DNA from: Pristiophorus japonicus
Lineage: Eukaryota
NCBI RefSeq assembly: GCF_044704955.1
Contig: NC_091984.1
Span: forward strand, 145,638,001-145,702,000
DNA length: 64,000 nucleotides
Reading direction: 5' to 3'
Shown here one piece after another: positions 23,826-37,690 of the stretch; the stretch's first letter is position 1; each line of letters starts with the position of its first letter. Both the position numbers and the translations under genes were made by a program. The notes below the pieces were generated by a model. It made no database searches. It saw only the letters and a list, made by a program, of their open reading frames with translations, and was not told the origin of the DNA.

Positions 23826-25200
23826 AGGACAATTACTTTTTGCCAAAATATATAAATTTACTGTATTACTGATTGAAGGTATTCTCGGCATTTGCCTACT
23901 TCTTACTAGCCGACCCTCTGCACCAAAGGGAAATAGTAGGGTAGCAAGGGAATTACATGTAAATACCTTTTTATATATGTCATACATTTATGCCAAACAA
24001 GGTAACATTTCTAGTTGTTGGGTGTGTGCGCATATTCCTATCCACTCAAAGGGAGGGATTCCCTTGAGGCCAGTTCCTTGAATATCTCGGAAATGGCTGA
24101 GTGGATAATTAATCAAAACAAAACAGGCAATACGTTTCAGGATCAGGAAAACTGGGCACGTAAATGGAAGCCAGCAGGTTACAAACTGACTACCTTTGAA
24201 GGGGGATACCAACCGTGCTACAATAATTCCAAACGGCCCCCATTTTTTGTTGTCACTAATATAACGGGAATAGGAAGACCGGGGGAAATCGGTCTGTCTG
24301 ATTAGAAACATCAAAGGAGGCCAAAATATGGGGTATAGTAACTGCTCCAGGAATTATAATATAATCAAGCCACGGAACCGTCCAAGCTGGGCCGATGTGG
24401 GAATTCTTAACGTAACGGGGATTCTGAATAAAACAGATGGAAAAGCCTGGACAGGCCCCGGAGTGTTGCTGACAAAGAAACAGCTAACATTCATTGCCTA
24501 TAATGGCACCTATTGGGTGTGTGGCCACAAGGCCTACCCTTGGCTGCCCCAGAATTGGACGGGATCCTGCTATTTAGCCTACATTGTGCCTTATATGTAT
24601 CATATAAAGTCACTGTCGGAACATTTACACCGTCCTAAGAGAGCTTTCACAGAAACAGAGAGGTTCTTTGCCATTCTGATCCCCAGGTATGGGATCGCCA
24701 CACTGGCAAGGGAATCCATTAACATGGCATCCGTTGTGGAACGGGTAGCCAATGATACCTCAGAGGCCCGAGTTAAAATCAATGCAGAAATGGTAGCAAT
24801 CCGCACAGTAACCTTACAGAATAGACTGGCACTTGATTACATCCTGGCGGAAAAGGGAGGTGCTTGCGCCCTACTCGGAACTGAGTGTTGCACATATATC
24901 CCAGATAGCTCCGAACAAATCACCCACTTAACGGAGCATATAAAAAAGGAGGTAGAAAAACTTAAGCAACCCCCATTATTCACTTTGTGGAGTGGAGCTA
25001 CTGAATGGCTAGGTTCAATAGGAACTTCATTGGTAGAAGGTTTAATTATATTTGTTGTAATTATTTTACTTTTGTATTGTTTGTTTATGTTGATTAAATG
25101 TTGTTGCGACCAGGCGGCTTTAGCTTCTGTCCCACAGGTGAGACACCTTGCAGGTCCCAGCAGACCATCTGTACATGGCACAGGGGTATGTTATGCTTAA
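23826..25200 (+). pseudogene. env: ERV-A env, gamma-type (SU disrupted, TM ORF intact)
   Basis: CWVC in SU; furin site RPKR; immunosuppressive domain LQNRLALDYILAEKGGAC; CX6CC; hydrophobic TM LIIFVVIILLLYCLFMLI. Confidence 0.92.
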
Positions 25201-25465
25201 GGGAAGGTTGTTTACTGGTTGAATTAAGATATTGATTTGGATTAAATTGGAATAAGGTTAATTAACCTCCTAAAACCAGACTTCCATTGTGGCCACGATG
25301 GAATTCGGGTTGGTGTAAATTTGTGTCGAAGCTACTAGTGGCGAAACACATCAACAAATTTTAGAAGGAGACACTATTAAAATCTATGAAATTATTTTGA
25401 AGAATGTTTAACCAGTGATAGCTGATGTTTTATGATTCAGTTTGTGAAAGAATCAAAGGGGTGAT

Positions 25466-25825
25466 TAATAGAGAATTCAAACAGGCTGCATTCAGACAGG
25501 CTGTGAAAATTCACAGACACCAATCAGAGATGCGACGTGAGTGGGAGCATGTTGCATTAAGTCATCAATCAACTTGACATTTTAGGACTTTGGGTAGTGA
25601 GCCAATTGAAAGGTTAAAAGACTATTAATTGAGCCAATAAGGTCAAAGAAGGCGAGTTATTTTCTGTAAATTGATCCAGGTATAAGTACAGCCATTTTGA
25701 CCATGTGATATCAGAAGGACAAAGACCTGGCTTAAAGCCAAGAGCTTCTTACTGCTGCCAAAAATAAAGTGACATTAAAACTACAATCGGAGTTCGAATT
25801 TCATTAGAAATTAAGAGATCTAACA
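25466..25825 (+). repeat. ERV-A 3' LTR (360 bp)
   Basis: Direct repeat of 18140-18500 following a purine tract; the initial TG reads TA. Confidence 0.95.
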
Positions 25826-26555
25826 ATATTCCAGGTGAGGCCTCACTAAGGCCCTGTACAGCTGCAGTAAGACCACCCTGCTCCTATACTCAAATCCCCT
25901 TGCTATGAAGGCCAACATACCATTTGCCTTCTTTACTACCTGCGTGCCCACTTTCAGTGACTAATGAACCATGGCACCCAGGTCTCGTTGCACCTCCCCT
26001 TTTTCTAGTTTGCCACCATTCAGATAATATTCTGCCTTCGTGTTTTTGCCCCCAAAATGGATAACCTCACATTTATCCACATTATACTGCATCCACCATG
26101 CATTTGCCCACTCACCTAACCTGTCCAAGTCAGCCTGCAGCCTCTTACAGTCCTCCTCACAGCTCACAATGCCACCCAGTTTAGTGTCATCCGCAAACTT
26201 GGACATATTACACTCAATTCCTTCATCTAAATCATTAATGTACATTGTAAAGAGCTGGGTTCCCAGCACTGAGCCCTGCGGCACTCCACTAGTCACTGCC
26301 TGCCATTCTGAAAAGGACCCGTTTATCCCGACTCTCTGCTTTCTGTCTGCCAACCAGTTCCCTATCCACATCAGTATATTACCCCGAATACCATGTGCTT
26401 TGATTTTGCACACCAATCTCTTGTGCGGGACCTAGTCAAAAGACTTTTGAAAGCCCAAATACACCACATCCACTGGTTCTCCCTTCTCCACTCTGCTAGT
26501 TACATCCTCAAGTGGTTGACATTTAACTGCCCTGTGAAATGGCCCAGTGAGTCAC

Positions 26556-27272
26556 TGCAAGATGTGTGGGTTTACCTCTCACCCATCCAACAGTTTATAG
26601 AGTTCGGACCCATGGAACAGACAGCTCAAGACAAAGATTTCTGGAATAAGTTCTCTTTACTTAAAATCAACAAGAGGTTACAAGTAAGCCTCGAATAGTA
26701 CTGTTACACACAGTAATCTTGGATTATAAATAAGCCTCTAATAGCACTGTTACAAACTTTCGCAGCTTTTTTTATACCCCAAAACTGGGCAGTCCCTCAG
26801 TGTGTCCGTGTCTCATTCGATGGGAGTAATCGGCAGTCCCTCAGTATGTGCATGTCCCATTCAATGGGAGTAATGGGCAGTCCCTCAGTGTGTCCGTGTC
26901 CCATTCGATGGGAGTAATGGGCAGTCCCTCAGTGTGTCCGTGTCCCATTCGATGGGAGTAATGGCCGTAGATGTTCTTCTCCTCTCCTGATCAACCAACT
27001 AGACAGTTAATCAGTGGGCCTCAAAACTGGAGACTTCATGTGTGCTGATGTTCCTGTTTCTGGGTCTGTTCTCGCAAAGCTCTCACGGTCTGAAGGCCAC
27101 TATTTCCCTTACCTGTGAAACACAGCTTTCGAAGTAGCTCAACCACAGGACAGCTTGCAGCGTTCAGCAGCTTTAATGGACATTTGTGCAGCAGAAAGTC
27201 CTGTTGGCCTCGCGAGGCATGCTGGTACATAAAATCTGGTCAAGTTACAGCAAACTTGTACAAAATCTTTCC
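26556..27272 (-). mobile_element. LTR-like insertion, probable solo LTR; boundaries approximate
   Basis: Interrupts a repeat tail; minus strand has ggggTATAAAAAAA and AGTAAA; U3-like tandem repeats; no clean TSD found. Confidence 0.45.
26787..26963. repeat. 44-bp tandem repeat x4
   Basis: gggcagtccctcagtgtgtccgtgtcccattcgatgggagtaat, with internal hairpin tcccat-tcg-atggga. Confidence 0.92.
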
Positions 27273-27399
27273 CCACTCAGTTGTACAAACCACTATTAAT
27301 AAAAGGAACAGTGGTTCTTCTCAAGGGCAATTAGGGATGGGCAATAAATGCTGGCCTTACTGGCGATGCCCACATCCCAGGAACAAATAAAACAAATAA

Positions 27400-28985
27400 A
27401 AGGGACAGTGGCAGCATGGATACGAAATTGGCTAAGGGACAGGAAACGGAGAGTAGTGGTGAACGGTTGTTTTTCGGACTGGAGGAAGGTATACAGTGGT
27501 GTTCCCCAGGGGTCGGTACTGGGACCACTGCTTTTCTTGGTGAATATCAATGATTTGGATGTGAGTACACAGGGCACAATTTTAAAATTTGCAGATGAAA
27601 CAAAACTTGGAAGTACAGGTTGTACCTCCCTTATCGAGAATTCCCTTATCCGGAATCACTCCTCGACCAGAACCATTCCCGACCACTCCGACATGAACAA
27701 ATTGAAGAAATTGAAGTCCTTCCTCACTGCCGACTCTCACAATCGCTGGCCTGACCCCATGATCCACCGCCTCTCCTAATGATCTCTCTACCACACTCCC
27801 AGCCCCAAGCCAGCCAGCCCCGATAACCCCTTGCTCAGTACCTGTACCATCCAATTTAACATGACCATCCTTTGTCTGAAAAAATCCCTTATCCAGAACA
27901 GGCCAGGTCCCGAGGGTTCCGGATAAGGGAGGTTTAATCTGTACAGTGATCAATGAGGAGGATGCTGATAGGCTTCAAAACATAGACAGGCTGGTGGAAT
28001 GGGCGTAGACGTGGCAGATGAAATTTAACGCAAAAAAGTGTAAAGTGATACATTTCGGCAGAAAGAATGATGAGAGGAAATATAAACTAAAGATTACAAT
28101 CATAAAGGGGGTAGCATGAACATAGCGACCTGGGGGTATATGTGCACAAATCGTTGTAGGTGGCAGATAGAGAGAAACTGTTCCCATTGGCTGAAGGGTC
28201 GAGAACCAGAGGACACAGATTTAAGGTTTTTGGCAGAAGAACTAAAGGCGACATGAGGAAAAACTTTTTTACACAGCGAGTGGTTAGGATCTGGAATGCG
28301 CTGCCTGAAAGCCTAGTGGAGACAGACTCAATCGTGGCTTTCGAAAGGGCAGGTTGATAAAACGATTTCAAGAAAGCACACGGGATCCTGCATTGTATAA
28401 ATAGAGGCATAGAGTAGAAAAGCGTGGAAATTATGATGAACCTGTATAAAACACTGGTTTGGCCTCAACTGGAGTATTGTGTCCAAGGAGGTGAAAGCCT
28501 TGGAGAGGGTGCAGAGGGGATTTACAGGAATGGTTCCAGGGATGAGGGACTTCAGTTACGTGGATAGACTGGGGAAGCTGGGGTTGTTCTCCTTGGAGCA
28601 GAGAAGGTTGAGAGGAGATTTGACCGAGGTGTTCAAAATCATGAGGGGTCTGGACAAAGTAGATAGAGAGAAACTGTTCCCATTGGCTGAAGGGTCGAGA
28701 ACCAGAGGACACAGATTTAAAGTTTTTGGCAGAAGAACTAAAGGCGACATGAGGGAAAACTTTTTTACACAGCGAGTGGTTAGGATCTGGAATGCGCTGC
28801 CTGAAAGCCTAGTGGAGACAGACTCAATCGTGGCTTTCAAAAGGGAATTGGATAAGTACCTGAAAGTAAACAATTTGCAGGGCTACGGGGAAGGGGGATT
28901 GGGACTTGCTGAAGTGCTCTTGCAGAGAGCTGGCACATGCTTGATGGGTCGAATGGCCTCCTCCTGTGCTGCAACCATTCTATGA
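27400..28985 (+). mobile_element. CR1 3' part with an internal duplication (about 28165-28347 = about 28660-28843)
   Basis: [13 protein letters not shown]; DREKLFPLAEGSRTRGHRFK occurs twice. Confidence 0.85.
27616..27941. mobile_element. Tc1/mariner (Tigger/pogo-like) MITE, 326 bp
   Basis: TA TSDs at 27614-27615 and 27942-27943; TIRs CAGGTTGTACCTCCCTTATC / GATAAGGGAGGTTTAATCTG. Confidence 0.85.
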
Positions 28986-29809
28986 TTCAGTGAGTTGCGA
29001 ATGGAACTGAACACTGTGCAGTCATCAGTGAACATCCCCACTTCTGACCTTATGGTGGAGGGAAGGTCATTGGTGAAGCAGCTGAAGATGGTTGGGCCTA
29101 GGACACTGCCCTGAGGAACTCCTGCAGTGATGTCCTGGGGCTAAGATGATTGACCTCCAACAACTACCACCATCTTCCTTTGTGCTCGGTATGACTCCAG
29201 CCAGTGGAGAGATTTCCCCCTGATTCTCAATGACTTCAGGTTTAATGGGCCCCTTGATGCCACACTCGGTCAAATGCTGGCTTGATGTCAAGGGCAGTCA
29301 CTCTCACCTCACTCTGGAATTCAGCTCTTTTGTCCATGCTTGGACCAAGGCTGTAATGAGGTCTGGGGCCAAGTGGTCGTCGCAGAACCCAAACTGAGCA
29401 TCTGTGAGCAGGTTATTAGTGAGTAAGTGGCGTTTGATAGCACTGTTGATGACAACTTCCAGCACTTTGCTGATGATTGGGAGTAGACTGATGGGATGGT
29501 AATTGGCCGCATTGGATTTGTCCTGCTTTTTGTGGACAGGACATACCTGGGCAGTTTTACACATTGTCGGATAGATGTCAGTGTTGTAGCTGTACTGGAA
29601 CAGCTTGGCTAGAGGCGCGGATAGTTCTGGAGCACAAGATTTTAGCATGACAGCCAGGATGTTGCCGGGGCCCATAGCCTTTGCTGTATCCAGTGTGCTC
29701 AGCCATTTCTTGATATCACGTGGAGTGAATTGAATTGGCTGAAGACTGGCTTCTGAGATGGTGGGAACATCAGGAGGAGGCCAATATGGATCATCCACTC
29801 GGCACTTCT

Positions 29810-32800
29810 GCCTGAATGCTAGGAGAGACATTAAAAAGCAGCACCTCAAAGGTAGTAATCCCCGGATTACTCCCGGAGGCACCTGCTAGTGAGTACAGAA
29901 ACAGGAGGATAGAGAAGGTGAATGTGTGTCTGGAGAGATGCTGCAGGAGGAAGGGCTTTAGATTCCTGATGCATTGGGACCATTTCTGGGGGACGTTGGA
30001 CCTGTACAAACTGGACGGGTTGCACCTCAACAGAGCCGGGACCAATATCCTCGCGGGGGGGGATTTGCTCGTGCAGTTGGGGAGGGTTTAAACTAGCTTG
30101 GAAGGGGGATGGGAACCGGAGAATAGATTCAGTGGGGAGAGAAGTAAAGCTGAAATTGGGCAGCAGAGAAGTAGAAAGTGTATTTGCAAGACAGAGTAAA
30201 CAAGGGCTGGAAAATAGACAACAAGGCAGTTTGGCAGTGCGAAATGGTATATACTTCAATGCAAGGAGTATAGGGAATAAGGCTGAGATGAGCTGAGAGC
30301 ACAGATAGACACTTGGGAGTACGATATTATAGCTATTACTGAGACATGGCTGAAAGAAGGGCAGATATGGCAGCTCAACTTTCCTAGTTACAGGGTTTTC
30401 AGACGGGATAGAGAGGGGGATAAATGGCAGCTCAACATTCCTGGTTACAGGGTTTTCAGACGGGATAGAGAGGGGGCTAAAAAAGGAGGGGGTCTCAGTA
30501 TTAATTAAAGAAACAATTGCAGCTGTGAGAAGGGATGATATGTTAGAGGGGTCATCAAACGAGGCCATATGGGTTGAATAGAAGAACAAAAAAAGGGGCG
30601 ATCACACTACTGGAACTGTACTGTAGACCCCCAAACAATCCAAACGAGATAGAAGAACAAATATTTGGGCAAATTGCTGCGAAGTGCAAAAACTATTGAG
30701 CTGTAATCGTGGGGGATTTCAACTACCCGAATATTAACTGGGAAAAAAGTAGTGTGAATGGTGCAGAAATTGCTAAAATGCATTCCGGAGAATTTCTTTA
30801 GCCAGTATGTAACAAGTGTACCAGATGGCGGGCGGTCGAGGGGGTCGTTCAGCCCGAATGCCTGCCTCTTTTCTGCGGGTACATTCGAGCTACGGTGTCC
30901 CTGGAGATGGAGCACGCGGTGTCCACCGGTACGCTCGCGGCCTTCCGCGAAACGTGGGCACCGGAGGGACTGGAGTGCATCATCACCCCCGGCAACCAAA
31001 TTTTAATTTGATCTTTTAAATGTCAAAAGTTGAATTTGTTTAATGTGTCGATTTTAGTGCATCTTTAAGAATGGGGCACTTTATTCATCATTTCATCAAA
31101 ATAGTTGTAACAAGTCCAACAAGGGAGGGGGCAGTTCTGGACTTGGTTTTGGGGAGTGAAGAGGGGCAGGTGGAAAGGGTATCAGTGGGAGAGCAATTTG
31201 GTGTTAGTGATCATAATTCAGTTAGATTTATGGAAGTTATGGAAAAGGACAAAAGTGGACCTGGAATAAAAGTTTTCAATTGGGGAAAAGCCAATTTTGC
31301 TGAGCTGAGATGGGATTTGGCCAAAGTGGACTGGAAACGGCTACTTGATGGTAAATCAGTGTCAGAGCAGTGGGAGGCGTTCGCGGAGGATACCTCTACC
31401 ACCCTTTCAGGCAGTAAGTTCCAGACCCCCGCCATCTTCTGGGTGAAGTAATTTCCCCTCAAATCTCCTCTATACCTCCCCCCAATTACTTTAAATCTAT
31501 GCCCCTTGGTTTTTGACCCCTCTGCCAAGGAAACCAGGTCCATCCTATCCACTCTATCCAAGCCCCTCATAATTTTATACACCTCAAGCAGATCTCCCCT
31601 CAGCCTCCTCTGTACCAAAGAAAACAACCCCAGCCTATCCAATCTTGCCTCATAGTTAAAATTCTCCAGTCCAGGCAACATCCTCGTAAATCTCCTCTGT
31701 ACCCTCGGTTTAATGTCTCATCCGAAGAAATCGTACTGTTAATGAAACACTGAAGACAAGAACTTTGAAGTGTTGGGAATACTCAATGTATCAAGACAGG
31801 AACATTGTAAACATTGATTGTGACATCATGCACTCACAACCTCCCCATAGTATGCACAATGTGAGCACCAGACCCGAGGACAGAACCCAAGGAGATGTGC
31901 CCAGCACCAATCCAGGACAATGATCAATGTAAAGCCAAAGCTGAATGTTATCAGGGCTGCTTTGCCGATGATTGCCCTGTGATCGCGGGCACCAGCAGCA
32001 CACACACCTCTTGTGGGTACAGTCGTGTTGTGGTTATGTTGCTGCAGAGCACTCCACAGGCCTGCACTAATAATCCCCACAATCTCACCATGGCCCTTTG
32101 ACTATTTCAATTCAGCTCTTTTTTAAATTCTAGAAATAAAAAGCTGGTCTCAGTAAAAGTGACCACAAAGCTGTCAAATTGTCACAAAAGCCCAATTGGT
32201 TCAGTGACATCCTTTAGGGAAGGAAACCTGCCGTCCTTGACACATAAAAGGTTACTGCCCAAGATAAGAGCTCACGGGGTTGGGGGTAATATATTAGCAT
32301 GGATAGAGGATTGGCTAGCTAACAGCAAACAGAGAGTCGGGATAAATGGGTCATTTTCAGGTTGGCAAACTGTAATTAATGGGGTGCCGCAGGGATCAGT
32401 GCTGGGGCCTCAACTATTTACAATCTATATAAATGACTTGGATGAAGGGACCGAGTGTAATGGAACCAAATTTGCTGATGTACAAAGATAGGTGGGAATG
32501 CAAGTTGTGAGGAGGACGCAACGATTCTGCAAATGGATCTAGACAGGTGAAATAAAAGGTTAAAGATTTGTCAGATGGAGTATAATGTGGGAAAATGTGA
32601 GGTTATCCACTTTGGTAGGAAAAACAAAAAAGCAGATTATTATTTAAATGGGGAGAGATTACAAAATGCTGCGATACAGTTCATTGATATCTTCCTGCAG
32701 TCTACAGCTTTCTTCTTCATTATCAACCACACAGCCGGTTTTAGTATCATCTGCAATCTTCTGAATCATACTCACGACATTCAAGTCTAAATCATTGATA

Positions 32801-33300
32801 TATACCACAAAAAGCAAGGGACCCAACACTGAGCCCTGCAGAACCCCACTAGAAACAGCCTTCCAATCACAAAAACACCCATCAACCATTACCCTCTACT
32901 TCCTGCCTCTGAACCAATTTTGGATCCAACTTGTCACTTTGCCCTGGATCACTGGGCTTTTACTTTCATGACAAGTCTGCCATGTGGGACCTTATCAAAA
33001 GCCTTGTTAAAATCCATACACACGACATGATATGCACTGCCCTCATCGATCCTCCTGGTTACCCCCGCAAAAAATTCAATCAAGTTATTCAGACATGACC
33101 TTCCCTTAACAAATCCATGCTGACTGTCCTTGATTAATCCGTGTTTTGTTCAATGAAGATTCCTCCTATCCCACCCCCGAGGTTAGGCTGTCTGACCTGT
33201 AGTGACTTGAACTATCCCTTTCTCCCTTTTTAAACAAAGGTACCACGTTTGCAGTCCTCCAGTCCTCCGGTACCTGGGATTGCAATGTCAGCATCGCCCC
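29810..33300. mobile_element. mosaic of CR1 fragments (ORF1 end and endonuclease + 29810-31380; 3' end - 31385-31705; RT + 32240-32675; RT - 32680-33300)
   Basis: [40 protein letters not shown] motifs. Confidence 0.8.
30818..31010 (+). mobile_element. Tx1/L1-like LINE 3' end
   Basis: Translates CLPLFCGYIRATVSLEMEHAVSTGTLAAFRETWAPEGLECII; related to the element at 41885-42475. Confidence 0.6.
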
Positions 33301-34564
33301 TCTCGGCCAGCTCGGTCAGTAGTGGTGCTACCGAGACACTCTTGGTGATGGACAGTGAAGTCCCCCACCCAGAGAACACTCTGTGTTCTTCTTCCAAGTG
33401 GTGTTCAACATGGAGGAGTACTGATTCATCAGCTGAGGGAGGGCGGGAGGTGGTAATCAGCAGCAGGTTTCATTGCCCGTGTTTGACCTGATGCCATGAG
33501 ACATTATGGGGTCCGGAGTCAATGTTGAGGACTCCCAGAGCCACTCCCTACCGGCTGTGTACCACTGAGCCGCCACCTCGGGTGATGGAGGAGTCTGGGA
33601 CATTGGCTGAAAGGTCTGATTCTGTGAGTAGGACTATGTCAGGCTGGTGCTTGACTAGTCTGTGGGGCAGCTCTCCCACTTTTGACACAAGTCCCCAGAT
33701 GTTGGTGAGGAGGACGTTGCAGGGTCAGCACTGAGCCTGGGTCTGCTGTCCGAGCCGGTCTGAGCTGCTGTTATTCTGCCTGATTGGACGGTTATTATTA
33801 GAGACTCAGACCACAGCAGAAATCCCCCGTGCAAAAAATAACTGAAGAGACTGTCAGATCGGAAGAATGAAACTTCACCCACAGAAGAAGTGAAAGAGGG
33901 AGGTTGTCACAGCTGTACGTTTGTTAATGGCATGGGAGAAAACTGTGAACCGCGCTCACAGCCTGGAATCTTACAGCACAGAAGGAGGCCATTCGGCCCA
34001 TCGTGCCTGTGCCGGCTCTTTGAAAGAATTACCCAATTAGTCCCACCCCCCTCTCTTTCCCCGTAACCCAGCAAATTGTTCCTTTTCAAGTATATATCCA
34101 ATTCCCTCAGCATTAGACTGCCCCTAACCTGGGCACAACATTGACATCTCATTCATTCACTGGGACAGGAAATGGCTGTTGTGGAAAATGGAGCCCAGGG
34201 CTCTGAACATTCCCCCTCCTCTCCGGAGGAAGGCTTCATGCTGGGGTCCAGTTCCATGGGCCCCGACAGCAAGTTCCGACCTCACCCACTTCCCCATTCC
34301 ACATGTGTAAGCCTGGACCCTCTCAGCATGATATCCGACTGCAGGAGGCCTCACCACTGTGTCCAGCACTGTCCTCACCTGAAACCCACACACAGCCTGC
34401 ATTGATCTGAGGCCTTTAACATGCCAAAGGTCTCAAGATACTTCACATCGCTGCTGTAAGAGCGGGGAGAGTGGAGGTTCAGGGGGCTTTAGGAAGGATG
34501 ATTGAAGGCCTGGGTGAAAGAATGGTTTTTGATGAAGGAGAGAGAGCTAGAGATGGGGAGGGAT

Positions 34565-37010
34565 TAGAACATAAGGAATAAGAGCAGGAGTAGGCCATAC
34601 GGCCCCTCGAGCCTGCTCCGCCATTTAATATGATCATGGCTGATCCGATAATGGACTCAATTCCACTTCCCTGCCTGTTCCCCATTACCCCTTATTCCCT
34701 TATCGGTTAAGAAACTGTCTATTTCTGTCTTAAATTTATTCAATGACCCAGCTTCCACAGCTCTCCGAGGCAGCGAATTCCACAAATTTATAACCCTCTG
34801 AGCGAAGAAATTCTACCTCATCTCAGTTTTAAATGGGCGGCCCCTTATTCTAAGATTATGCCCTCTCATTCTAGTCTCCCCTATCATTAAAAACATCCTC
34901 TCTGTATCCACCTTGTCAAACCCCCTCATAATCTTATATGTTTTGATAAGATCACCTCTCATTCTTCTGATTTCCAATGAGTAGAGGCCCAACCTACTCT
35001 ACCTTTACTCATAAGTCAACCCCCTTATCCCTGGAATCGACCTAGTGAACCTTCTCTGAACTGCCTCCAAAGCAAGTATGTCCTTTCTTAAATATGGAAA
35101 CCAAAACTTTATGCAGTGTTCCAGTTGTGGCCTCACCAATACTCTGTATAACTGTAGCAAACACTTCCCTGCTTTTATACTCCATCCCCTTTGCAATAAA
35201 GGCCAAGATTCCATTGGCCTTCCTGATCACTTGCTATACCTGCACACTAACCTTTTGTGTTTCATGTACCAGGACCCCCAGTTCCCACTGTACTGCAACA
35301 CTTTGTTATTTTTCTCCACATAAATAATAACTTGCTCTTCGATTTTTTTTCTGCCAAAGTGTATAACCTCACACTTTCCAACATTATACTCAATCTGCCA
35401 AATTTTTGCCCACTCACTTAGCCTGTCTATATCCTTTTGCAGCATTTTTGTGTCCTCCTCATACCTTGTTTTTTCTCCTATCTTTGTAGCATCAGCAAAC
35501 TTGGCTACATTACACTCGGTCCCGTCTTCCAAGTTGTTAATATAGATTGTAAATAATTGGGGTCGCAGCACTGATCCCTGTAGCACCCCACTAGTTACTG
35601 ATTGCCAACCCAAGAATGAACCATTTTTCCCGACACTGATTTCTGTTAATTAGCCAATCCTCTCTCCAAGCTGATATATTTCCCCCAACCTCATTAACTT
35701 CTATCTTGTGCCTTTTATGTGGCACCTTATTGAGTGCCTTCTGGAAATCCAAATACACCACATCCACTGGTTCCCCTTTATCCACCCTGCTCGTTAAATC
35801 CTCAAAGAATTCCAGCAAATTTGTCAAACATGACTTCCCCTTCATAAATCCATTCTGACTCTACCTGACTGAATTATGTTTTTCCAAATGGCCTGCTACT
35901 GTTTCTTTAATAATGAACTGCAACATTTTCCCAACCACAGATATTAGGCTAACTGATCTATAATTTTCTGCTTTTTGTCTGCATCCTTTTTTTAATAGGG
36001 CATTACTTTGCAGTTTTACAATCTGCTGGGATCTCCCCAGAATCCAGGGAATTTTGGTAAATTACAATCAATGCATCCACTATCCCTGTCACTACTTCTC
36101 TTAAGACCCCAGGATGTAAGCCATCAGGTCCAGTGGATTTATCCGCCTTTAGTCCCATTATCTTACTGAGTACCACCTCCTTCGTGATTGTGATTGTGTG
36201 AAGTTCCTCCTCCCCACTATAAACCCCTGACTATGCACTATTGGGATATTTTTAGTGTCTTCTACCGTAAAGACTGCTTCAAAATATTTGCTCAGAGTTT
36301 CTGTCATCTCCATGTTCCCCATCACTAATTCTCCGGTCTCGTCCTCGAAGGGACCAACATTGACTTTAGCCACTCTTTTCTTTTAGTGTACCGGTAGAAA
36401 CTCTTGCTATCTGTTTTTATATTTTGTGCTAGTTTACTTTCATTTTCCCTTTCTTAATCATTCTTTAGTCATTCTTTGCTGGATTTTAAAAGCTTCCCAA
36501 TCTTCTGCCCTCCCACATTGTATGCCCTTTTTAAAAAAAAATTGGATACCGTCCTTTATTTCTTTAGTTAGCCATGGATGGCTATCTTTTCTTTTACACC
36601 CTTTTCTCCTCACTGGAATATATTTTTTGAGAGTTATTAAATAGCTCCTTAAATATACGCCACTGTTCATTAACCGTCCTACATTTTAATCTATTTTCCC
36701 AGTCCACTTTAGCCAACTCTGCCCTCATACTTTGTAGTCTCTTTTATTTAAGCTGAGTACGCTTTCTCACCCTCCATCTGAATTTGAAATTCAACCATGC
36801 TATGATCACTCATTGCAAGGGGATCGTTGACTGGGAGATTGTTTATTAATCCTGTCTCATTACACAGGACCAGATCTAAGATAGCCTGTCCCCTGGTTGG
36901 TTCTGTTACATACTGCTCAAGGAACCCATCCCTTATGCACTCTATGAACTCTTCTTCAATGCTATCCTGACCAATTTGATTTGTCCCATCAATATGGAGG
37001 TTAAAATCAC
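34565..37010 (-). mobile_element. CR1 LINE, endonuclease through 3' tail, degraded
   Basis: MGDFNLHID..ILDLVLCN..SDH; YLDFQKALNKVPH; KFADATK; RPQLEHCIKFW. Confidence 0.9.
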
Positions 37011-37690
37011 CCATTACAAGTCATACCACGACAACTTCCAGTGTGAGCTGCTCCATGTGAGCAACGGCTTCGAGGTGGGCGATTGGGTGATGTCATCAGG
37101 ACCCAGGTCGCCATTTGGAGCGTGGGCAGGAGCATCAGCTGGGCCCAGGTAAAGCAGAGAAGCTGGAAGGTCGCGGCGGAGGTGTGGTGAGTGATCGAGG
37201 TGGAGGAGCGATGAGGGATTGTGGCTGAGATTCGGTGTGTGATCATGGCAGAGGTCCAGCAAATGTTTAGTGCGGCGATGCGGCGAGAGATCGTGGCAGA
37301 GGTCCGACAAATGTTTAGTGCTGAGGAGCGGCGAGAGATCGTGGCAGAGGTGTGACTAATGAGGGTTCGGAGTCCAAAAGAGCCGAGGGCCCAGGGGCAG
37401 CACGGGCCAGCCCACACTGTGATATGTATGCGCACTAGGTCCGTGCAGCAGAGCAGGTCTCCAGTCGTCCTGGTTTACCCTTGTCACTGGATAAAGGCGT
37501 AGCTCTTTCAAGCCCGTGTGGTGGCTGATGTGCAACAGTCACCACATGTTAAAAAAAATCTACACACAGGCATCTTCCACCCCCTCAATTGGCGTTCAGG
37601 TCTAGAATATCGGGTTCTTCATTGAGACATCTCTGAACTCATTTGGAAGCAAGTCATCCTCGTTCGAGGGATCACCGAAGATGATGATGA

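Larger units (their letters stand above)
18140..25825 (+). mobile_element. ERV-A: full-length defective endogenous retrovirus (LTR-gag-pro-pol-env-LTR)
   Basis: LTRs 18140-18500 and 25466-25825; 5-bp TSD ATATT at 18135-18139 and 25826-25830; PBS, PPT (aaagaatcaaagggg) and all retroviral domains present. Confidence 0.97.
17590..26510 (-). mobile_element. CR1 3' fragment split by ERV-A (17590-18139 and 25831-26510)
   Basis: CR1 sequence ..gacaatatt|ccaggtgaggcc.. is continuous once the provirus and one ATATT copy are removed. Confidence 0.88.

Noticed and set aside
26787-26963. Regular repeats resembling a CRISPR array
   Set aside because: Units are contiguous with no unique spacers, there are no cas genes, and the DNA is vertebrate; this is a tandem repeat in an LTR-like element.
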